Assembly (NCBI RefSeq): GCF_006345805.1
Contig: NC_042998.1
Span: 84,754,001 to 84,818,000 of the forward strand
Source: Octopus sinensis
Lineage: Eukaryota
DNA: 64,000 nt
Reading direction: 5' to 3'
Below the pieces are notes generated by a model. It worked only from the letters and a program-made list of their open reading frames with translations, did no database searches and was not told the origin of the DNA. Made by a program: the position numbers and the translations under genes. Shown piece by piece: positions 24,303 through 35,136 of the stretch. Positions within the stretch are counted from its first letter, which is position 1. Every line of letters starts with the position of its first letter.

Positions 24303-25137
24303 GTAAGTATTTGAAATGAATCTTCCTTAGACATTTACAAACTATACAGAACATCAATTGTTTTTAATGTGTAATGACTTTAACTTGAAATATTTTAACT
24401 TGATCAGAAATATTGGAATTTCTTTTAGTTATGACCCATAAACTGTGTTGCTGGTCTACTAATATACTAATTCTTTCTGTTTTTGTTTCTTGTAACAATA
24501 TCTTTAGCCCGTTCTGGTATTGTAAAATTTCATAAAATATTTGAACAACAGCCATAGTCAAACTGTAGGCCTGCGGGACTTTCTGAATGGTTCCCTAACA
24601 AAAAATTAGCTTGAATTTTTTTACTAGGTGACTCACTTGATGGTGAGTCATGTCTCATGCAGTTCAGAAAAATGTTGCTTATGCCTGGTTTAGAACTAGA
24701 AAACAAACTATTTCACTGTTCATCCCTTATTAATTATCACAGTATCTGTCAGTAATTGTTTCTCTTTCAGTTGTTAAATTGCAGCTATATTAGAGCTGGA
24801 AGATTTCCTTTTTGATGTGATAATCTCAGTAGTGTGTCACACATAAACTGTTTAAACAGAATATCTGTTAGACTTATCTATTGTATAATTGAATTAAGTT
24901 AATTGTGGACACTTCACTAAATATCTTGCATTTCAGTTTTGGATTTTACATTTTTACTGGGAAGCATGCAGTTTTATCTCAAGCTATAATGTGAACTACT
25001 GAAAGGATTATATTTGTCTCGTTAAGTTAACATTTTAATGCTATAAAACATCATATAATTTTACATTACTTTATTAAAATATCCCTGAGCATCCTTATAT
25101 TATTAGAGTAATTATACAAACTTTTGTTTATTTCCAG

Positions 25138-25261
25138 ATCCTAAAGCTGCTTCTAATTTTACTATAGATACTAAGGAAAGAAATATTATAGTTACCTGGG
25201 AAAGACGCAAACGCTTTTTGTACACAGTTTGTTTAACAAATATACACAACTGTTCTAAAAA
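25138..25261 (+). CDS. RPTP exon B4 (phase 1-2, 124 nt)
   Basis: tttccag|AT CCT...AAA AA|gtaagt; YPKAASNFTIDTKERNIIVTWERRKRFLYTVCLTNIHNCSK(K). Confidence 0.9.
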
Positions 25262-26683
25262 GTAAGTTGATTTACATTAATTAATTTGATATTTTGAAAT
25301 TACATTATATTTTATTCTTTGTTATTATGTTACCTATGCAAGGCCAAGATCCGCACCAGGTTCCAACTAAGCTGAAACAGACTATGGTACTTGGTGTGGC
25401 CCCTGCCTTGCCAGATCCTGTCAAGCCATGCAGTGTATGCCAGCATGGAAAATGTATTTAGTGTGTCAGGTGTGTATAAGAAGATGAAGGCTGTTTACCA
25501 TAACAAATAATATTTATTTAGAATAGATGGTACAAACACAGTTTTTACATGATGTAAGAAATCAGATATCCATGTGTCTTGGATCTTTTTAAATGACAAA
25601 TAAGAGCTAATTAGCTGCGAGACAAAATTGTGAAGGTAACAGAAACATGTGTAGTGTTGTATGTGAGGTTTATTCAGAAAATATATTCAGTTCATGGCTA
25701 GGACTTACTGTAACAAATTATAGCAGGTGCCAGCGAAGTTGGTAACATGACATTTAATTTCCTTGTAGGCTGTGGCAATAGAATTAGTTGCTGAACAAGT
25801 TGCCATGATAAAGCAGGAGAATGACAATGGTCTGAAATCTATTAAGCAGGTGTCATTGTAGCAATGGTGATAAGAAGTCGGCTTAGGCAGACGTTAGAAC
25901 GACAGTAACTGCATGTGTCTGTGCCTTAGGCAGAAGAGAGATTTGTGCTTCTTGGTGTCCAAAATGGTAAGAGAGAGAGAGAGAGATGAAAAACCTTGGA
26001 ATATATAGGAGTTGGCTGCCACATCACCTGTTGGCATTTTCAAGCGAAGGGATGTAATTCAACTATCTTTATGTTACACGTATGTTAAATATTGATGATG
26101 ATGATGGTGCTATGCATTAGATGTATTCATTTTCCTTCTGGAAATTACTTTAATTGTTCAAAAGTATTTTAATACATGTTTATTTAGAAGGAAAATGTTT
26201 TAAAATCAAACTTTTCATTATTAATGTCTCCCTGGCTTCTTTATTCATCTGGAACTTTTGAAACCACATTTAATAGAAATTGTCTTTTACTCGATGATTT
26301 ATGATCCCTATCCTTCTTGGATTAGTAGAGGTAGTTATTTAGAATTTTCCTTTTGCACAAATGTTTATCTGCATGTTTGTAATGAACTTGTAATAACAAA
26401 TCATTCTCAAGACCTGCTTTATTTCAGCTGGCACTGTCATGAGGCAGGTCTTGGAAAGTAATCTTGTCCTTATATTTTACCTTGGTTTTTATCAGTTTGC
26501 CAGTTAAGTCATTATTGGAAGCACAAGGCTTCTAGGTACAGTTGTATTGTGTATTGATTAAACTAAACAAATAAAAGAAACTTTAGACCCATATACACAT
26601 GACTAATGATATGACCGAAAGAAATGTATCTCAGTGGAGCATTCTGCATACTTACATAATAGGAAGAACTCCCATACCTAATA

Positions 26684-27951
26684 CAAAGGAGAATCAAAAA
26701 TTGTACATACTTGTTTTTTCAATGTATTTATACAAAGGCAGGGGATAAACAAATACATTGTCTTTCTATATAGTCACGTTCCTTTTCAATGCACTTGGTC
26801 CAGAGGTCCACAAGCTTGTGTATTCCCTCCAAGAAGAAGGCTTTTGGTTGGTTGTGCAACCATTTATGTACCACTTCCTTCAAATCTTCATATGTAGGAA
26901 ATTGACAACCACATAAACCATCTTTGAGTGGTCCAAAAATATATTTGGAAGGGGCGAGATCTGGGCTGTAGGCAGGGTGTTTCAGCACCTCAAAACCCAA
27001 TTGGTTAATGGTTTCAACAGTCTGAGCAGTATGTGTTGGTGTGTATTGTCATGCAATGACAAAACTTTCTTGAAGAATAAGTTTCAGTTTGTTGGCCAGC
27101 AAAGCACTGTATCTTGTACTGTTGATTGTACACCCCTTTTCCAGGTAGTCTGTCAATATAGGCACTTTTTGAGTCCCCAAAAAGGGTCAGCATTACCTTT
27201 CCCATGGAAGACTGAGTCTTGAATTTCTTTGTCGCTTGTGAGCCAGGATGTTTCAACTCCATACTCTGTTTTTTGTATCATGCCTCATAATGATGGACCC
27301 ATGTTTCATCTCTAGTGACTATTCCTCATCCTCATTGTTGTAGTGATTGAGTAAACATTGGCAGACCTCAAGACGTTTACACTTGTGCTCTGTGGTAAGC
27401 TCTCTTGGCACCCATCTTACACAGACTTTATGGAAGCCAAGCTCATTATGAATAATTTGATAAGCAGAACCATGACTAATCTGCCGAAAATGAGCTACCT
27501 CATTGATGATAACTTGCCGGTTCACCATTACCGTCTCTCAAGTTTGCTGTATCTTTTCATCAGTGGTGGAGGTTAACAGGCATCCTGCTCCCTCTTCATG
27601 TGTTATGCTTGTCCAGCTACTTTTAAACATTTCGATCCACTCGTACACACTTCTACACAGTAGTGCACTGTCCTTGTATTGTACTTAAAGCCTCCGATGA
27701 ATTTCAGCAACTGATACACCTTCCGACCAGAGAAATCAGATCACTGCTCTTCGTTCTTCTTTGGTGCATATTGCTAGTGGAGTGGCCATGTTTACACTGT
27801 GAAGCCAGAAAGAAAAATGGCACAATTAGGCTCAAACTTTGATCACTTGACCACAATAGTAACAACTATAAGCATGCATGCGCATAAGGCAGTGTGACAA
27901 TAATAAAAATATGTTATGGCAAAAGTGCAGATAATTTTTGACTTCCCCTTG
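26684..27951 (-). mobile_element. Full-length (~1.27 kb) defective mariner element
   Basis: TA|CAAAGGAGAATCAAAAATT ... AATTTTTGACTTCCCCTTG|TA TIRs; transposase pieces GFHKVCVRWVPRELT, GKVMLTLF and HPAYSPDLAPS on the minus strand. Confidence 0.92.
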
Positions 27952-27953
27952 TA

Positions 27954-29802
27954 TCAGGTCATCCCATAAGTTCTGCCCGATTTTACCTTTTTTAAAATTG
28001 AATGGAATTTGATAGTACTTTAGAATGACCTTTGAACGTTGGGCCTCACAGAGGCAATGACGAAAGACCGAGACCTCTAGAGATATGCTGTGACTGCGAA
28101 GACCCGACAAATAAAGTGAGTTCATGGCTGTATCCTACACCAGCTTCACACAACCAGCCCAAGCCCATTCAAACTACCTTGGATCGCAGGACAGCCTTCT
28201 GTACTTACCTTGGATCGTGGGGCGACCTGCTGTGCTTGAGGAGACCTATTGAGTCAAGTACAACAACATCAAAATAAAAATCAAATGGAAATTGCAGTTG
28301 TGATACCCGTGCCAGTGGCACATAAAAAGCACCATCTGAACATGGCCGATGCCCCCACTGCCTTGGCTGGTTTCCGTGCCAGTGGCATGTAAAAAGCACC
28401 AACTGATTGTGGCTGTTGCCAGCCTCCTCTGGCCCCTGTGCAGGTGGCATGTAAAAAGTACCCACTACACTCATGGAGTGGTTGGCACTAGGAAGGGCAT
28501 CCAGCTGTAGAAACACTGCCAGATCAGACTGGAGCCTGGTGCAGCCTCCTGGCTCCCCAGACTCCGGTTGAACCGTCCAACTCATGCTAGCATGGAAAAC
28601 GGACATTAAACGATGATGATTTGTGTACATTTAAACTAATTAAATAATATTTTACAGAATAATAGAATAAAAATTTTTTTGATTAAGACCCTTTCTAACA
28701 TGGAAGTATCCAAAGAGCATTTGAAGCACATAATGCTTTATGAGTACAAAAAAAAGAAACTCTGCAACCAAAGCGACTCAAAACATACACTCAGTTTATA
28801 GGAAAGAATGCGTAAATGAAAGAACTTGCAGAAGATGGTTTGCAAATTTCAGAAGTGGAGATTTCGGTCTTGAAGATGAAGATCGAACCAAGACATTAAG
28901 TTGAGTTTGATGATCAGCTCATTGAGGCACTACTTGAAGAAAATCCTGCATTATCAGTTGAAAAATTGGCAATAAAGTTGTATTGGCATACAACTGTTCA
29001 TTTTCATCTTCAACAACTTGTAAAGATTCCTAAACTTGGGATTTGTGGTCGCTTTCAGACAATTCATGAGGTACCCATTTTCCAAGTTGACATCTGCTCT
29101 TTACTCCATTCTCGCAAACTCATTTCATCCTTTTTGGATAGACTTGTGACTGGGAACGAAAAATGGATCTTCTATCAAAATGTTAAATCTCATGAACAGT
29201 GGCTTGGTAAAAGGGAAGAAGCTCAACCACAACCGAGAAGGAAACTTCATGGGATAAAGGTTCTTCTCTCTATTTGGTGGGATTGCAAAGGAGTAATTCA
29301 CTTTGAATTGTTACCACTTAATGCAACAATCAATGCTCAAGTCTACGGTCAGCAATTAGAGCCTTTGAACCAAGCTTTGAAGAAAAAAAGACCCGCTTTA
29401 GTAAATCGAAAAGGTGTGATGTTTCATCAGGGCAATGTACGACTTCACATTGCAAAGATCACATCACAGAAGATCAAAGAGCTTGGTTGGGAAAAAAATT
29501 CCTCATCCACTTTATTTTCCTGACCTTGCTCCTTCAGACTACCATTTGTTTCATAGTTTACAGAATCATTTGGGAGACATAACTTTCGCAAGCCAGGGTA
29601 TGTCGAAACTGACATTTCAGGGTTCTTCGCTTTGAAACCAAAAGAGTTTTACATTGGTTGGATTAAAAAGCTTGTAAATAGATGGAAGGAAGTCATAAAT
29701 AATCAGGGGAAGTACATTAATGATTAAATTTCAATTAAATATAACATTTGATCACTTGTTTTCTTTATTCGAAATTTGGACAGAACTTATGCGATGGCCT
29801 GA
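27954..29802 (+). mobile_element. Defective mariner element of a second family, interrupted by an RTE 3'-UTR insertion (~28030-28620)
   Basis: TA|TCAGGTCATCCCATAAGTTCTGCCCGATTT ... AAATTTGGACAGAACTTATGCGATGGCCTGA|TA TIRs; ORF start MEVSKEHLKHIMLYEY at ~28700; LVTGNEKWIFY, KVLLSIWWDCKG and YFPDLAPSDYHLF. Confidence 0.92.
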
Positions 29803-30489
29803 TATAATGATGTGAAAAACGTTGATCACTTAAGATTATCTAAGCAATTAGAATGTTCAAAATCTAAAAGCAGCTAATTAGGGTGTTACTCCAATGAGAT
29901 AGGTTGATTGAAAATTTTGGACAATAAAGACAATGCAGATTACAGATCTTTAACATGTGTCATATATATCAATATACAATACTGGCATATAAATGAGTGT
30001 GTGTGAATGTATGTATTTGTATGTGCTACTTATGTGAGAGTCTGAGTCTGTATGTTGGGGATATCTGTTAATCCTCATTGCCTTGCAGCATGAGCTTATA
30101 GATGCCAAGCTCTAAAAATACAGAGAGTTCTAACAATTGGTTATTAGTCCTGCTATGTTGCTATTGGTTGGCAGCAGTGATGGTGAAACCAACTGTCTAC
30201 ATTGGTGGTGTTGGCAATCGTGGTACATACCTTGGTAGTAGTTGGTGATGTCATTGGCAGTACATGTCCTGGTAGTAGTCGGTGATAAGGTGGTGGCAAG
30301 CAAAAGCAGCAGTCATCATTGTTGTAACGGCATCAGTCATGGAAGCAGCAAATATGGTGCTGACAGACATCAGTACCATTTATCATTGTAGTGCTGATAA
30401 TGTTGGTTGTGGTAGTGATGACACTGGAGATGGTTGGTAATTTATATAAATCCTACTTCGATTGATTATTAATCTTCAAGTTAAGCTGG

Positions 30490-32600
30490 TGGATCAACAA
30501 GAATTTCCTATATTTTTCTTTGTGGCCAGTATGGAAGTGTCTGTCTTGCTAGTGGTGTTACTGCATTTAAGTATGTGCTTGTAGAAGGCAGATGCATTTA
30601 TGGTCAAGTGTTCCTTCAGTTGGACGAGGAGCAAATGGATTGATTTACTGATGTAGTAGTCACTGCTTTTAGAACACTTTACTTGGCAAACCATGTCCAC
30701 AGACACTTTCCCATGTCACTGATAGGACAGGTCACTAATGTGCAGGGCAGTTGTTCTGTGTGAGATTGTTTTGTTGGCTGATGTCTATGCAGAGATGGTC
30801 CTGAGTGAATCAGTATGATACCAAGATCTTCCTTGCAGATAACTTTACAGATGGCTGTGGTGTCCTCTCATTAAAGTAAGGAATCCCTAGGAAGCAGGTG
30901 TTACAGGGATTCTTCTTGCCACATTTGTTTGACTTGTATCCTGAGTGCTGAGTGTTAACAACAAATGCTAGATACTCATTTATTCCAAGAATCTTGAGAA
31001 ACTGAGTAACCTGATTGACCCAGCTGGTGCTGTCACTGCATCTGTTATGGATACGGGCAGTTTTGTCCCATATCACTGATAAGGAGGATTGACTTGTATT
31101 GATCAAAAAGGTGTCAGCTGACTGTTTTTTGGTTGAACGAGGTGTTGATTTTCTCACTGTCTGTAATGCTTAAGTGAAAGTCAAGTAGGGACAGGGATCC
31201 ATCATTGTCAGGGTGATTGATAGTGAACACAGTGTGCTGTCCAGGTTATTAAAGGTTTCCAATTTTGCAGTGGCTCCTCATGGAAGTGGGGTGAGCATGA
31301 AGATGTAGTCCATCCTGGTGAAGAAGGTGCATGAGTGACAGGTACTCAGTACTCTGCACTTGAGCCAATGTAAGTAGGCTTGACAGGTTGGACCCCTTGG
31401 CAGACTTGAATACTGTTTGTATGTATTGCCAAGGAAATCAAAGTGTGTTTTGGCAACTATTTTGGGAGAACAGGTATCAAGGTGTAGAGTGAGACCATAT
31501 CTGGGTTGAAAATACACCTGTTGCATCTCAGGGCGTCAGGTTTGAGTTGGTGTGATAATTGGATGAACCTGTCCAAGCTGTTGACGTGTTCCAAGAAAGA
31601 TGAAAGTATGAATTTCAGGATTCATGAAAGAAGCCACAAGATTTTATAAAATGGCCCTTCTAAGCCACAGACTCTACATCTGATGTAGAGGTCAAGTTCC
31701 TGTTTATGGCGGTAAAATGTAGGCATCCTACTGTTGCATATAGTGAAGTTTCTCCTGTCTCTTGCTGGAAGTTTACACCAGTTACAGCTATTGTTACAGT
31801 TACAAGTATTGTTACAGTTACAAGTATTGTTACAGTTACAAGTATTGTTACAGTTACAAGTATTGTTACAGTTACAAGTATTGTTACAGTTACAAGAATT
31901 GGTCCAAGTATTGTTGATCAGATTGTCCAGTAAGGTCGCAGTAACTCATGACTTTCGTATGAATCTTATTGTTATAAACCCATATATGCCGATAAAAAAA
32001 TGAAGTCTTAAAATTTCACTGTATTTATGTCTGTAATGCTTAAGTGAAGAAGGTGCATGAGTGACAGGTACTGGTGAAGAAGGTGCATGAGTGACAGGTA
32101 CTTAAAATTTTACTGCATTATGGTAAGCTTTCACAATCTCGAAGAGAAGGACAGTATGCAGCTTTTAGCTACGGGTGTCAACTATCTAATGAACATTTTG
32201 TATGATCAGTCAGATGCTTCCTGGTGAGTTCATGTCCAAACAAGTAGGAGCAGGTTTGCATTGCAAAAACACAACCAGGGGTATATATGGGTTACAGCAA
32301 AAGGCTGTTGTATGTGTCTTGTGCAATAACAAAATTCTTTACAGTTCTTGGTCCAAGTATTGTTGATCAGATTGTCCAGTAAGGTTGCAGTAACTTCAGT
32401 GACTTTTGTATAAATCTTGTTGTTTTTAAAGTGAAAGGATGTTGTGTGTCTTGTGCAATAACACAAAATTCCTTGCTGTAACCAGAGTTTCCTTAAGGTG
32501 GCAATTATTGATCTAGAAAAGTTGAGTAGGAAGGAATTAGCATGTCTGTCCACAATGGTGAAAATGGACTGTTTTAGCCTGGAGAGTTTACTATCTAGGC
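30490..32600 (-). mobile_element. Degenerate, rearranged Penelope-like element (RT plus GIY-YIG); inverted RT fragment at ~33150-33440 (+)
   Basis: VCQVKCSKSSDYYISKS.HLL.VQLKEHL..NASAFYKHIL.C (GIY-YIG-like); THFDFLGNTYKQYSSLPRG (PLE RT F.F.G..YKQ..G.PMG-like); AHFDSLGNTYKQY on the + strand. Confidence 0.65.
31789..31896 (+). repeat. Perfect 18-bp minisatellite (TATTGTTACAGTTACAAG) x6
   Basis: Six exact copies; explains the IVTVTS and LLQLQV repeat ORFs. Confidence 0.95.
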
Positions 32601-33901
32601 ATTGGCTGGTTGGAGGTGTGTGGAATGTTATGTCAGGATGATTGATGGGGAATTTGTGACAGATGGAATGGTTGATTCCCCAGATGTTGGGGTCAGTCAG
32701 GTTTTCAGGGCTGAATATCTATTTGAGTTTGTATGCCATCCAGTGGAAGATGGCCTCAATGTTAAGCTTCAACTTGGTGTTCAGCTTTTGTGTCTCAAAT
32801 GGAAATTGTAGCTTTGATCCCTGTGCTGGTGGCACTTAAAAAGCACCATCCGAACATGGCCGATGCCAGTACCACCTTGACTGGCTTTCTGTGCTGGTGG
32901 CATGTAAAAAGCACCAACCAATCATGATCGTTGCCAGCCCCTTCTGGCCCCTGTGCCAGTGGAATGTAAAAAGCACCCACTACACTCACGGAGTGGTTGG
33001 TGTTAGGAAAGGCATCCAGCTATAGAAACACTGCTAGATCAGACTGGAACCTGGTACAGCCTCCTGGCTTCCCAGACCCCTGTCAAACTGTCCAGCCCAT
33101 GCCAGCATGGAAAACGGATGTTAAATGATGATGATGATGAATTTAGGTCTGAAACTGAGGATCATGAGTTCATTGTGGGTCAGGGATTCTCTGAGGTTCG
33201 TAAACTTTCAACAAGTATATTTTCAGCCTAGTTGTGGTCATGCTATACACCTTATTGTCTCCTCTCCCTGCTGTCAACCTGATAACAAAATGCATTGTCT
33301 CATCAAACTTATGCTGTTTTGGACTCACCACCTCTGACATCCCCCAACTATTGTCAATCATAGCTGCCAATGCACACTTTGATTCCCTTGGTAATACTTA
33401 CAAACAGTATGTAGACCCGCTTATGTGGTCCAGCCTCTGAGACCTGCTGGTTTTTGTTTAGCATAGAGCATTCAGTACCTCCCACTTATGCACCTTCTTC
33501 ACTAGGTATGTGCCATGACCAATACCATTACTATTACAATGATGACTTCTGGTCTTGCCACAATGATGACTGTTGCAGAAGTTCATCATTATCTTCTGCC
33601 GGAACTGTGTGGAGCTCAGGTGTTTTGCTCATTAACACACATCACCCAGTTTGAGATTTGAATCCATGATCCCTCAACTGTGAATCTGCTGCTCTAACCA
33701 CTAGGCCATGTGCCTCCACTTCAATGTCAGTAGATAGATAAAATTATATTTACGTCAACTTACCTCATTATATAAAGTCCCTAGATATAAATTTTTATTC
33801 CAACAAAATAAAGAAAAAGCAAAAAAAGATCCTTGTAAATATTTGAACTTGAGTTTGTATTGTCTTCAATATATGTCAATTACGAATCTTTTATTTTTAA
33901 G

Positions 33902-34020
33902 GAAAAACACAAGCACATATACATTTACGGATCAGGTTGCTGGAAAATCATATAATGTATCTATCATTGTACATGCTTATGACAAAAACAGCAGTGAATA
34001 TGAGAAAACTAGAATACTCC
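33902..34020 (+). CDS. RPTP exon C4 (phase 2-1, 119 nt)
   Basis: tttttaag|G AAA...CTC C|gtaagt; KNTSTYTFTDQVAGKSYNVSIIVHAYDKNSSEYEKTRIL; close paralog of C1. Confidence 0.88.
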
Positions 34021-34144
34021 GTAAGTCTTTGATATGAATTCTAATATTATTAATATTGCCAAATCTGATTTATTAGAATAGTGATAACTTGGATACTAAT
34101 TATTTTTCATGGTTGAACTTTACATATTGTTTTATTTCAACATC

Positions 34145-34372
34145 TTAACCCCTTAGCATTCAGATTACTCTGTCTAATATAATACTTATTTATTTACATT
34201 GTTTTGAATTAATTATGTATTATCTTGTAGCTTTGATTTTTCAGTGATGTTATTGTTTAGTTTTAGAATGATGTTGTTGGATAGTTGTGAGAGGTTAGAT
34301 CTAACTGGTTTGAATGTAAAACTGGTAGAATATTTGGGCTGGATATGGTTGGTTTAAATGCTAAAGGGTTAA
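34145..34372. mobile_element. piggyBac-type MITE (TTAA ends); related copies at ~42120-42340 and 43354-43581
   Basis: TTAACCCCTTAGCATT ... AATGCTAAAGGGTTAA termini. Confidence 0.75.
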
Positions 34373-34410
34373 ATTAAGATAGTATGTTGTTAATATTATA
34401 TTTTATAATA

Positions 34411-34622
34411 AGGCAGTGAGCTGGCAGAATTGTTAGCATGCCAGACAAAATGCTTAGAAGCATGTCATCTATTTTTATGTTCTGAGTTCAAATTCAGCCA
34501 AGGTCAACTTTGCTTTCCATCCTTTCAGGCTCATTTAAAATAAGTACCAGTTGAGTACTGGGGTCAATGTAACAGTTTATGCCCTCACCTGAAATTGCTG
34601 GCCTTGTGCCAAAATTTGAAAC
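34411..34622 (+). mobile_element. Octopus-type tRNA-derived SINE; partial copy at ~59735-59925
   Basis: AGGCAGTGAGCTGGCAGAATTGTTAGC...TTCTGAGTTCAAATTC...TTTGCTTTCCATCCTTTCAGG...AAATAAGTACCAGTTGAGTACTGGGGTC...GTGCCAAAATTTGAAAC. Confidence 0.7.
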
Positions 34623-34878
34623 TAATATCATATTTTACATTGTTTGAGTTATTTGTATGATGAATAATTGTTATATATCCCACAAAAATTCAAAGGAAGC
34701 CTTAATTTGACATTTCAAGATGAAGACCATCTTACATAATACATTTCATGAAATGGTTGTTGATTTATATTGATTTATATGTTGATTTATGAAATGGTTG
34801 TTGATTTATATTTCTTCTGTGGCATTGTGAGAAGATAAAATTAAAAGATTTTTTTTATTATTTTAAAAATTATTTTAG

Positions 34879-35136
34879 CTCCATTACCACCAACTAATGT
34901 GACAAAAAATCTTACAAACAATAAATTGTTTATGGAATGGTATATTGATAGTAATATAACTGTTGCAAGTGAATGGCATATTGAATATAGTACTGAGAAC
35001 GACACTAAATATCTTAATACAAGCATCAGAAACGCAACCTTGAACTTGGTTAGTGGTAAAGAATATGAAATTAAAATATGGAGCATATCTCTTGGTGTAA
35101 TGAGTGAAACCTTTTTACTTACAAATCTTTATACTG
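34879..35136 (+). CDS. RPTP exon A5: complete FN3 (phase 1-1, 258 nt)
   Basis: tattttag|CT CCA TTA...ACT G|gtaagt; PPLPPTNVTKNLTNNKLFMEWYI...WHIEYST...LVSGKEYEIKIWSISLGVMSETFLLTNLYT. Confidence 0.9.

Larger units (their letters stand above)
20350..24750 (+). repeat. Tandem duplication of a ~2.2-kb B-C-A exon cassette (units ~20350-22553 and ~22554-24750; a third partial unit at ~17690-18994)
   Basis: B2 to B3 and C2 to C3 offsets are 2203 bp; A3 to A4 is 2181 bp; introns around B and C are ~99% identical by eye. Confidence 0.95.

Noticed and set aside
18289-24561. Repeated minus-strand ORFs MKQ(T/A)TLLIKF... and plus-strand MDS(S/C)TLLSSSS...
   Set aside because: Intronic parts of the duplicated cassette; low complexity, indels between copies, non-ATG starts in some, no domain similarity.
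31706-32003. Repeat proteins (IVTVTS)n and (LLQLQV)n
   Set aside because: Translations of the 18-bp minisatellite inside a TE relic.
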